Shown in pieces: positions 50,545 through 61,250 of a stretch of 64,000 nucleotides of DNA. Each line of letters opens with the position of its first letter. Positions within the stretch are counted from its first letter, which is position 1. Both the position numbers and the translations under genes were made by a program. Origin of the DNA: Lama guanicoe (lineage: Eukaryota); contig MU054662.1 of the NCBI GenBank assembly GCA_013239625.1, forward strand, positions 13,753,798-13,817,797, read 5' to 3'. The notes below the pieces were generated by a model, which saw only the letters and a program-made list of their open reading frames with translations, was not told the origin of the DNA and did not search any database.

Positions 50545-50598
50545 AACCAAGTTACACGATCTCTTTGGACCTCAGTTTCCTCATCTGTAAAATGGGAG
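50545..50598 (+). mobile_element. MIR SINE fragment
   Basis: caagttacacgatctctttggacctcagtttcctcatctgtaaaatggg is the MIR core. Confidence 0.8.
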
Positions 50599-52218
50599 TG
50601 CCGAGAAGAACAAATACACAGGCCCTGCTGGGTTCTCTGCAGACCGGGAGCTCGCCCTCACGGGGAGGGGAGCTGGGCGTGAGTTCGCTCTGCTGCTCCT
50701 CCCTCCTTCAACCACTGCCTTCGCGCGTCTCCTCAGCCAACAGTGAGCATCTCTGCCTTCGGGTGAAGGTCATGGGGCACCTGGAAAGCTCGGCACGGAG
50801 AAGCTGTTGGCCGCTACTCAATTCAGGGACTTCCTGCACAAGGCTTTTCTCCTTCAAAATACAGCCAACAGGCAGGTGTGAAATACGACAGAAATGAAGA
50901 CACGAGATTGGGAGGTGGACTAGCGGGAAGGGTAAGGCATCCTCCATCTCTGGCTGGACCTGTCTGTGAGCTGTGAACCACATGGGACTCCTGGAGGCCA
51001 GGTTGGTGACACGTCGCTATATCTACCTGTCAGATCATTCCACATGCTTTAAAATAACATAATTTCTATTTATTGCAGGAGAGTTTAAAAAGTTGCAGTG
51101 GAAAGAGGAATGTCTTTCATCAGAACAGAACTGGCATCATCAGTAGGAAATACTTCAATGCTACAAAAATACATATTCAGAAAATCAAAGGTCAAGCAGA
51201 ATGAGGACAAGGTTATCATCTGAATTCAAATCAAAAGAAAACCAACAAACTGGTCACTTAACATGAAAATCGTCTGTAAACCCAGGTTTGAAATGCCTGT
51301 CTGGATTTTCACATGAGAGGGTCGTGTTCCCCGAGCCCTGAAGTCCACCCTCACTCTGTCCTCTGTGATTCTGCACAGGGAAGAGGCCTGCGTTACTTGG
51401 CTTTTAATCGTGCGACGCACAGCAAGTCTTTATGAAAAAGGACTTTATGCCATCTGGGCACCAGGGACGACGTGAAGGCTGCCAGCGGCTGACCCTTCAC
51501 GGTCCCCCGTGGCCCACGCCGGCCTCTGTGACAACGCGCAGACGCGCAGAACCAGGTGGAGAGTGAGTGCCTTTTATACATACGTGTAGTTTTGGTGGGG
51601 TGACGCTGGGGGCTTGGGAACACGCTTTAGGACGACAGACGTCCTAGGGATGAAAGCAATCTCAGTTTCTCAAAGGGCAGGAGAGCGATGGGGAGGGACC
51701 GGAGAGGACGCTCGAGCTCCTGCAGCTGTTGTTTCGCGCAAGTGTGAAAGTCAGAGTTCGACAGCTGATTTTGACCTGAGATAAACGTCACATCTGTGTT
51801 ATCCCTGGTGACTGAGAATCCCGGGAAGATGCTCTCTGGTACAAGTCACATTTTGCGTTTACAAAACCTAGAGCCACACACAGAGGGAAAGAGCAAGGGC
51901 TCTGGGCTCTAACAGACCCGAGTTCAAATCCTGCCTCCCCAAGACGTCACGGTGTGAAGGGAGAGGAAGAGATGGCTCTGGCACAGACCCCAGACCCCAC
52001 AGATCGCCGGGGCAGTCACTTCACGTGCTGGTTCGGCTTCCTGTCGGGGAGGGCAGACCCTGGGACCGTCCTGAGCCCTGCAAGAGCTGGCGCACGGCGA
52101 GGTTTCCAACGGCGCCTGGCGCCCACGGTCGGCACCTCACACTGTCACCACCTCCCTGTACAAGGCTGGTAGTGGCACGGCTACACCACGGAATGCTGTC
52201 TTAAGGCTTGAAAATCAT

Positions 52219-52577
52219 GAGACAGAGAAAGACAAATATCATACGGTATCTCTTAAATGTGGAATCTAAAAATAATTGATACAAGTTCTATTAACAAACC
52301 AAAAACAGACTCACAAACAGAAAAACTATGGTTACCGAAGGGGCAAGGGCAGGGAGGGATAATTAGGGGTTGGGGATTAACAGACACATTATTATGTATA
52401 AAATATGCAAACAACAAGGGCTTTGACATAGCACTAGGAAATATATTCAATATGTTGCAATAACATACAATGGAAAAGAACGTGAAAAGAAAATATGTAT
52501 GTACGTGTACATGCGACTGAATCGCTTTGCTGTGCACCTGCAACTAACACTGTAAATCAACTACAGCTCAATAAAAA
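52219..52577 (+). mobile_element. 5'-truncated L1 3' end (cetartiodactyl L1_Art-like)
   Basis: gacagagaaagacaaatatcat...tgtggaatctaaaa...ctatggttaccgaagggg...tgctgtgcacctgcaactaacactgtaaatcaactac...aataaaaa. Confidence 0.9.
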
Positions 52578-54849
52578 TTTTAACAAGTAAATAAATATAT
52601 ACACACACATATGTATATAAAACAATGCATAAAAAATGCTTCATACAGAGCCTAACACAATAGACACGCCAGGTGGATGGGGGACCCCTATCATCAAAGA
52701 CCAGAGTAGCTGCAGACACGAGTGCAGCTGCCCACACTCCTGTCTGTCCGTGCTGCCCCCTCTTGGAGACGCTGGCACATTCAGTTCTCTCTCTGCCACC
52801 AAGTAGCCCTGGAACCGTCAGGAAGTCGCCCAGCTGGAGGCCTCAGCATCCTGAGCTGCAAGGTGTAAACGCTAGATGATCAAGGCCTTTCAGCTGTGAA
52901 CCTGCTGGACCCTATGACTCTTCAGTGCGTGCGCTCAGGGTGTGTAAAGGCAGGAGGGAGAAGGTACTGTTCGCCATCACTCCCCGAACATCTCGTGCTC
53001 CTGGAACCCACGATCCTAGGCCAGGAGGTGAGTAGGGCTGGTGGGTTTGGGAGGAGAGGCTGGCCCAGAAGCGGGTGCCCAGGGTTACTCCGAGAGATCA
53101 CCAGGGCCGCCCCAAGGTCACGAGCCCTTTTACCCTGCGCCCTGTCTGCCCTTGGGTCACGGTGTGCTTGACCCCCGGGGCATGACAACAAGAAACGCGC
53201 TAACTCGGAAAATTCTCCTGGTCAGCAAGTCTGTTAACGAACAGAGCGCCCACTGTGACGCTCCACTGCCCTCTGTGTCCCCGCAGCGGGCTCACCTGAC
53301 CCTCCGGGGGTCTCCCGGAGGACGGCCATGAGGAGCAGCGCACGTGACGGTGGCGGCTCTGACAGGCTGTGGACAGCACCGCCGTGACTCCAGCTCAGCC
53401 TGTAGCTGCATGAGCCCCAGACCCAGGCTCTCTGTTTGTGAGGCGACGGGGCTGGGTGGGGCCCACAGAGCCCCGCTGGCTGCCAAGATCCTTCAGGTTC
53501 CGATTCCGACCACCCATCCATTCAGAGAAAACTGTGTCAGCGATGGTCCCCGACTGCTGGGGGCAGGGGCGCCAGAGGCCGCAGTGCGGCAGGTGCCCTG
53601 GACAAGACCGCGTGAGTGGCTGAATTCACGCAGGAAGGATGTGGTCAGAATCACGACCGAGCCACAGTGGACAGACCAGTGGGTCTCCCTGGAGTCAGCT
53701 CGGGCAGAGGACGTGTCACAGAGCGATGCACTGAGCCTCTCTTAGTCACTCAATTCCTGCACGAACACACTGGCAAGATAAGGTTAAATGAAGTACGTCA
53801 GGGGGCGTGAGAAGTCTGACGCCAGGGCTGGTGCCCACGCGTCTGCACTGCTGAGCAGCAAGCAGGAGACACTGCCTCGGACGCGCACCCGACGCGCTCC
53901 CCTGCGCGCCGCCTTCCCAGGCTCCCTTAACCCCGTGCCTCCTCTCAGCAGGAATCCGTCAGTGCCGGCCCTCCCAGAAGGACGGCCGTGTAAGTAAAGA
54001 CATTTCACCTAGGTCACTGCTTCCTCTAGGACCACAGGAGCACATTTAGGCTGGAGCAGGTTACAGTGCAGGGTACGGGGCTTCCCATCTGCTGGGAACC
54101 ACGCCGCCCCCGGCTACGTGTCCTCACGTCTCCCAGGGGAGCCCTGCTTTAACGTCTCCCACGGATGCCTCAGGACCAAAGCCACCACAGCAGGAAGAGG
54201 ACAGACCGATCTGAGAGCAACCACGGCAGCACGTCTTCACCAGGACAGCTGCCCTCTGTCCTCTCACGGGACTAGCGCTCACTGCAGACCTCATTTATCA
54301 GGAAGGCCTTTGCTGAACACTCTCCCTTCCCCCAGACTCCGCCAGCTCCTCGTCACACACACTACAGCACTCTGCCCTTCTCCGTCATGCCGCTGAATCA
54401 CAGCTGCAATTAAATAATTAGGGTGTAGATCTTTGTTTAACGCCTGTCTCCCCTGACGGATTACAGCTGTACGAGGCAGGGCGGTAGGAAGCCCCGCCAT
54501 CCCAGTTTCTGCCTCGGACCCGGGGCGGCAGAGGTGTCCAGCAGTTCTGCGCCGAGAGGATGAGTGTGAAGTTACGTCTTGGGAGGTGTACGAATGAAAG
54601 GCTCACGTCGCTGATCCACATTTTAGGATTAAAATAGAAATGTGGGTGTGCACGCTCTGAGATGGACTCTGACAACCAGCTCACCCACCAGAATAGACAC
54701 CTGGGGGCAAACACAGCAATTTGAATTTGAAAGACATTATATTATTCCTCAGACGGAAGTTTCCAGTAACCTGTGTAACACACTGTGTTCTGGGCAGTTG
54801 GCTTTGGAGTCTCCACCAGACAGGAGCTCTCTTGGTGGGAGACTGCTGA

Positions 54850-54940
54850 CTCGGCGTAGCCAGCACCTCGCACCTATCACGGTGCGGAATGCACAAAGTG
54901 TTTGTTGAATGAATGAACGAACAAATGAATGAACGAACGG
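54850..54940 (+). mobile_element. L2 3' tail
   Basis: cagcacctcgcac...tgcacaaagtgtttgttgaatgaatgaacgaacaaatgaatgaac. Confidence 0.7.
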
Positions 54941-55217
54941 ACCAGAGAGCTCTAGAGAAGCAACTAAAGCAATGACCCCAGACTGCAAGGCAGAAGTCAG
55001 TTATCCACGAGAGCCTTCCCATCAGGTGCAGGGAAACAAAATATGTCTATTTCTGAGCTTCACCTTTATTTATTATTAATAAATGGCTTCCCTGATAAAC
55101 ATAACTTTTCTCAGAGACCTACTAGATTTTCAAGTGGTAGCAACTGCTATGATGAATTGGGAAGAAAAAAAAAACAGCAGCTCTTCCAGGAACACGTGTC
55201 TCTCAATTTAAAGTATG

Positions 55218-55349
55218 AGCATGTGCATATCACATGCACACACGCATGCGTACACACACATACACACATGTGCATACACGTGCACACGCATGTACACGCA
55301 TACACGCACGCTCGCACACATGCACACATGCACATGCGCGCACACACGC
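55218..55349. repeat. Compound alternating purine-pyrimidine repeat (CA/CATG/CACG)
   Basis: gcatgtgcatatcacatgcacacacgcatgcgtacacacacatacacacatgtgcatacacgtgcacacgc... Confidence 0.9.
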
Positions 55350-58300
55350 TTGGGGGCGCTGCAGCGACGGCCCGGCCCGAACAGCCTTCCTCTCTCGGCG
55401 TGGGCCTGACGGGTGACGCCGGCGCGGGGACACGCCTCGTTGGGCCAGGCTGTCGCGCACCGTCTTGCTCATGACGGGGAAATGAAGTCCATTTCCAGGC
55501 GTCTGGGGGACGCGCAGCCAGCGGGCTCTCCAGGGCCATTCCCCTCAGTTTGCTCGAGTGGTTTTATTTTTCAGAGAACTGGCTGTTGGCATCTGAGGGA
55601 CAGAACATGGGAGACGCGGGGCGAACAGACAGGACGATAAAGGGCGCTGTGCCCCGCTCCTGTCTCCTCTTTCCCCCTCAGCCCCCCGCCCCCTCCCGCC
55701 CCGTGGGATTTCGTGACCCCTGTCACTGTCACAGCAGAGCCCCGGGAAGCCTCCATCTGCGGCCGCCCTCCTCTCTGACGCACCCGCCTCTGAGCCTCCG
55801 CGGGGAAAGCCGGTGCGTCGCCGGCTGCCGTGACGGGTCCTCTTCCTTCTGCCGGCAAAGCCACGGAGCCGGAGCCCAGGGCATCTCCTCTTTGCGGCTC
55901 CTCAGCGCCAGCCCCACCCCAGGGGAGCACGCAGAGCACTGCCGTCAGAGGAGCTGGGGTTTCTACCTGCGTCAGCGTTCATTCTCCACAGGGGAGGGGG
56001 TGGGGCGGAACGGAGCTTTTTTCCTATTGAAAATCAGCCTGGTCCCTGACTCAGACTGGAACTCAGGCTCCACTTCTGTCTCCCGCGAGCTGTGCGGTCT
56101 CGCTAGGGTCACGTCTCTTCCCTGAACTTGCTTTACTGGATTTACTGCTTTCACGAGACCCGCGAAGATGCACTGAGGTGCCCGGGACGGAGCAGGCCGG
56201 CAGTGAGGAGGAGGAACCGCGCCCGGGGAGCATGACGGGGGCCCCTTACCCCCGATGCCCTCGAATGGCGTGTCCCCGCCCCAGCCTCTCAGTCACCACC
56301 GCGATTCCCTTATGCCGTAGGAAGAGAGGACGCAGCTGAAAACGACAATAAAAGCAGCTACGCAGGAAGACCTCTGTGCAAGCCACGACCCCCTGACATC
56401 AGAGACCAAGCGTCATTCCAAATGGAGACTTGCCCACTGCAACCTCAGCCGTCGGATCGGAGTCAAACATCCCTTTAAGTTCGGAAAGCTCAGTGCAGAT
56501 CCTTTAGGCTCTGCCTTCTGTTGATGGCTTTCTGGAGCCGGGGGAGCAGAGTGGCTGTTACTCATCTGAGGGACTGGGAGCCCACAGCTCCTCGCACCCA
56601 GAACTCCACCCTCCAAGCACGGCGCCCTTCTGGCTCCGCTAACGACTGGACCCTCGGAAGTCCTGGCTCCTGTGTCTCAGGCCTGGAGCAAAGGGCTTCG
56701 CAGCTCCGCACCTGTGACGGGCGCACCCCAACCCCACACACGCGGCAGTGAGGCGCTGTCGACAAGCAGAACTTCAGAGGTGATGTTTTCCACACGGGAC
56801 CGGCCTACAAGCAGAAGAGATGTGAGTGTATTGTGTGTGTCGGGGGCTGCGACAACCCTGAACTCTCACGGGCCTGGTGACCGTGCTCTGATGTGGCATC
56901 GAGAGGGTGGGAATTTCGCAGGAGGAATCCCAGGGGCCCAGAGGCCCTTCCCTGCAGCCACAGCAGTGCACCTTGCACCAAAATGCGTCCCCAGGGCCGG
57001 GCGCCCCCCGGCTGTGCAGGAGCGCGGAGGGTGCGCAGTAAAGCGTCATCGTCATCCTCAACACGAGCACGTCACGCTCTTCACGCAGCATCGCTTTCAA
57101 GGCTCACAAAACCCCAGTGAAGCAGACACAGCTAAGGCCTCAAGCGTGCAGGCATTGACCCAGGTCGCCCAGGCAGGGAGCGAAAGAAGGCACATAACGC
57201 TACGACTTGTGAGGACGAGGACGGTACAGCCGTTCAGGTACCCATGGGCCCCCGGCCTCCGATGACAGCAGACTGACGACACAAACCTGGCCGTGCCCAC
57301 CGTCACCCTCCCAGCACGCATCGCCGTGAGCAGGGCCTTTCCAAGGAGGCGAGGGCCAGCACAGGGAGCAGGAAGTCTTCACGTGCTCAAACCCCACGTG
57401 AACCCCCGCCGCCAGTCCCAGCAGCACGACGACCAGCCGTCCAGCCACCAGATCAGCGAGGACAGCAGTGAAGCAAGCGTCTTCCTCTCGCCGCCCCCCG
57501 GCCCCGCCCCGTCAGAGCGCGGCACGGGGGCCTCAGCGTCCACCAGGCTGGGGAGGCGCCGCCTGCTTTCTTCCCCGCGGCCTCCCCCGGCTCAGCCCCC
57601 ACTCCCACCCGGCCGCGCTGACGGCTCTGCTGTCCGGGACACGTGCCTGCGTTTCTGCCGCACGCCCTTTGCACGCCCTGCTTCCTCTCCCAGGAAGGCT
57701 CCCTCCCCTTGCTTGGCCACCCCCTCACCTTCTTCAAGTCTTTGCTCAACAGTCTCCTCGCCCAGGAAGCCGCCCTGAACACTCCGTTGACATTGCAAAC
57801 CCCCTGCCCCCTGCACTGCACTCTAGGTCCCCTTGTTCTCCGAAGCACGTGACACCTGACAACCTCTGTGACTCCCTTCCTCACGATAAACACTGCTCCC
57901 GTCTGTCTCCTGCTAGTCCAGAAGCCCATGGCCTGTGGTCCAGGTGCCCAGGTGCCCGGAGCAGTGTCTGAGCAAACGCCTGGGCTGAGGACTCTTGCTT
58001 AACCCTTCCGTGAGACACTCGGGACTCTGGGTAATAAAATGGAGGCTCCAGCTGCAATTTGGGATGAGTCTGAAGTGGTGGTTAGGAGAGCGTCTGAAAG
58101 GTCTAACAAGCAGGGACAGATGAGCGACAGGGTCCCGGGAGAATGCAGCTCTGAGAAGCCGCGGCCTAGAAAGGACCCAGGTCTTGGTTTGATTGGATGC
58201 TCCTTCTAAAGCAGCCCTCTCAGATGCAATGTTCACAGTTAATTGCAAAGGATGTCTTGCAAACAAAACAACTCAGAAAACAAAAAGACAGAGCTACACT

Positions 58301-58685
58301 TGAAAAAAAAGATATTTAATTTTTATTGGGGTTGAGAGAAAATCTAAAATCGAAATAAAAATCCTATAATAATAAAATCAGTAGTGATGAGAACGCCGCC
58401 GCCCCTGAGGTGCAATCCGATGGCAGCGCAGCCTTCCCCTCCCCCCAGGGCGGTGGCGTCTGCCCGCCGCCCTCCTGTGTGCACCTGACCCTGATCCTCC
58501 ACACCTGTCCTTCCCGATCTGGTTCTCACTGGGTTTCTTAAAGAGCTTCCTCTCGTCCTCCTAACATTATGCACAGCCGTCAGCTCTACAGGGTCTTCCT
58601 TAATACATCAAGGCTGTTCCCTTTTCACTTCCTTCTACCGATTCCCACCCTGGGATGGTCAACGATGCCCGGTGGGGGGGCGCGA

Positions 58686-59204
58686 CGTGGCAGACGGCAA
58701 AAGTGGCCACGGATTCCTCCCAACCCCGTACGCAAGCAGCTGGGCCACATGACTCCGCTGCCACCTGCGATGAGAGGTGCTGTCTGTTTCTCCACTCCCT
58801 GAAGCTGGCCTTGGCTGCGTGACTTGCTTCGGCCAGCGGGACACCAGCAGGCCAGCTCCCGGAGAGGGTCTGACAGCCCTTGTCCCCTGGGGCTTGCTGT
58901 CTTACTGCCCCCGGGACGCCTGTGGCTACCACCGCGGGAACGAGCTCTGCCAGCCTGCGGGATGAGGGGGGATGCGGGGCCAAGCCCCCCACAGGACCTC
59001 GGCCGGAGCCAAGCCGATGGCCAGTCACAGTGAGGCCAGCCAGCCCGGCTGAGCCTCCAGCGGACCCCGGAGACCGGCGGGGCTGGCCCAGACCAGGAAC
59101 ACGCCTCAGCCCATGCACAGGTTCCTTGAGAAGTAATTGCTGTTTGCTGCTTAAAACCACTAAGCCTTGGAGTCATTTATCACAGAGGAAACCCAAGTGG
59201 CACA
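58686..59204 (+). mobile_element. MLT1 (ERVL-MaLR) solo LTR, MLT1G/H-like
   Basis: Start gtggcagacggcaaaagtggccac; internal ggctgcgtgacttgcttcggccagc; end ttgctgcttaaaaccactaagccttggagtcatttatcacag...aca. Confidence 0.8.
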
Positions 59205-60049
59205 GGAGACGTGTCACTCCCAGGATGCAAGGAGGCGCTGGGCCCCGTAAGTGCAGGAAATGGGTGTTTGGCGCCTGTGATTCCCCAGCGGGGACTGAGA
59301 TCTTGCCACACAGCGGACTGATGTTTGTTGAATTTAACTGGGTTTAATCAAAGATATTCTCAGACAAACAGACTCGACCAGTGTTTTAGAAATAATCGGG
59401 TACTTGCCGTGCACAATAATTTTAGATGGTCTGTGGAGGAACGAAAATTCACACAAAACCGTACATTGCCTTGGGGAACGCTGTAAAGGGGTGGCTGAAC
59501 ATCAAACCCGTGATGTCACAGGCAGCGTGGCTGAGGCCAGGCAGGGCTTCGTCTTGCTGTGGTCGCCCCCACAGGCCTCCTGAGCCGCTGGCATGAGGTT
59601 CAGGACTGCCCGGCAGGTTCCAGGCCCCCGGGACGGAGCCTGGCCCCATAACTGTTAAGAGGCAGGGTGACTCCGTGACCCAGTGTCCTCAGCGAGCACC
59701 TCCGCGCTCCGCGGCTCCCCGTGCACATCTGTGTCGTTTTCATGTCGATGATCGTGGGCTAGACACTGAATTTTACTGGTGTGTGGAAAGGAACCCTGGA
59801 AACAGAGTAGGAAACGATCCTACAGCCGAACACGCCCCCGCCCCAGCTGCCTGTGCAGCCCAGGGCACCGTTGTGGGCGCTCCCACGCCCCAGCCTTCTC
59901 GTCTCTCAAGCTCAGCTCCCTTTCCTTCTGGACCCAAGGCACCCTGGAGACTCAGAAAACAGAACAGTCCCTGTGTTCTAAAAACCAGAGAGCAGGTGAC
60001 ATTCCTCACCGGATTTATTTTACTTTATTTTATTTTTTGCCAAGTGTTG

Positions 60050-61250
60050 CTCATAATGTTTAAATTCTAAAGAAAACCATATTAAAGTCAAGAAAAGTAT
60101 GGCCTTAATAGAGCGATAATGATAATAATGTTGATGAATAATTAAAAAGATGCTTTTCCAAGTGTAACCTTCCTGCATGACGAACGCAGCGTGGAGAGAC
60201 AGCTCTGCAGGTGACAGCTGGAGCCGAAAACTTGGTATTTCAGAGTAACATTATTTCAAATGCGACAATCCTCAGAAGGCAACACAGACATGCTGCACGA
60301 AGTAATTTAGCAAAAGGAGGACTTCAAGTCATAATTGGAGGGTGAAATATGTTATGAAGATAAAATATTCCAATTTTAATCAGAAGAACAACAGACAGTG
60401 CCCAGAAGGATCAGTGGAACCAGCGAATCACATTGTAAAGGCCTTTCTAACCCACAGCCTCAGATCCACAGGCTGACTTTTGCATGTATACGTAGCTTCC
60501 TCTGCATATTTCTTATCACTTATGATAGAAAAGGGTTTTTGAAGCTGAGACTAAGTTCATACGCTTTACGCAGCGTGTGTACAAACACATGCACTTACTC
60601 TAACGGGGGTGTGATTATCACCGAACTGCGGCTTTTAATGGAAAGATTATTAGGAGCAGTTGAATCCGACTGCATTTAGTCTCCCTGAGACTCTGAAATT
60701 ATTTTTTCAAAACGTTCAGATTTTGAAAAAAGGCAAAACTGTGTTTGTCTCCAATAGCCTTGCCTTAATTTTTCAGACTGGCATTTTAAGGCAAATTTAA
60801 TCCATACAGTTCACTCTCATTTACACTTAAATTATCCAACTAGAGCTTTTAACAGCTATTTAATGTCCCAGACACCTTTTGAGCTTTTAAAGTGAGCTCC
60901 TAAAAGCCGTCTCTCCTCCTCTCATCAGCTTAAGAGGCTGCATTTGGCTCAGAGCAAACAAATTGAATCCTGAAACTTTGGGTTATTTTTCCTCCCGGTT
61001 TATGACCTATGAATGTAAAGTGGCTTTCAGATGTGACATAACTAATTTTCCGTCCCCGTGAACCAGCGCGGGGTGGGTATCGCATCACACTCGCTCATGA
61101 GCAGCCCCACCGCCAGCACACGAGGCCGTCTCTGGCCTCCTCATTGAGGCTCCCTGGCACATAAACAGATAATTACAGACGCTCAAACTTCTGTGACATT
61201 TGTCATGTGAAAATTGCCCAGGCCTCCTTTGGAATCGTATAAGCATCCAT
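60050..61250. promoter_or_regulatory. AT-rich, repeat-free island with homeobox motifs (candidate conserved enhancer)
   Basis: Sharp drop in GC relative to the flanks; many TAAT/ATTA cores; TAATCC (60798-60803); TTTATGA; TGACAttTGTCA (61194-61205). Confidence 0.45.

Noticed and set aside
56770-57010. Possible MER20-like DNA transposon
   Set aside because: Similarity too degraded to call by eye.
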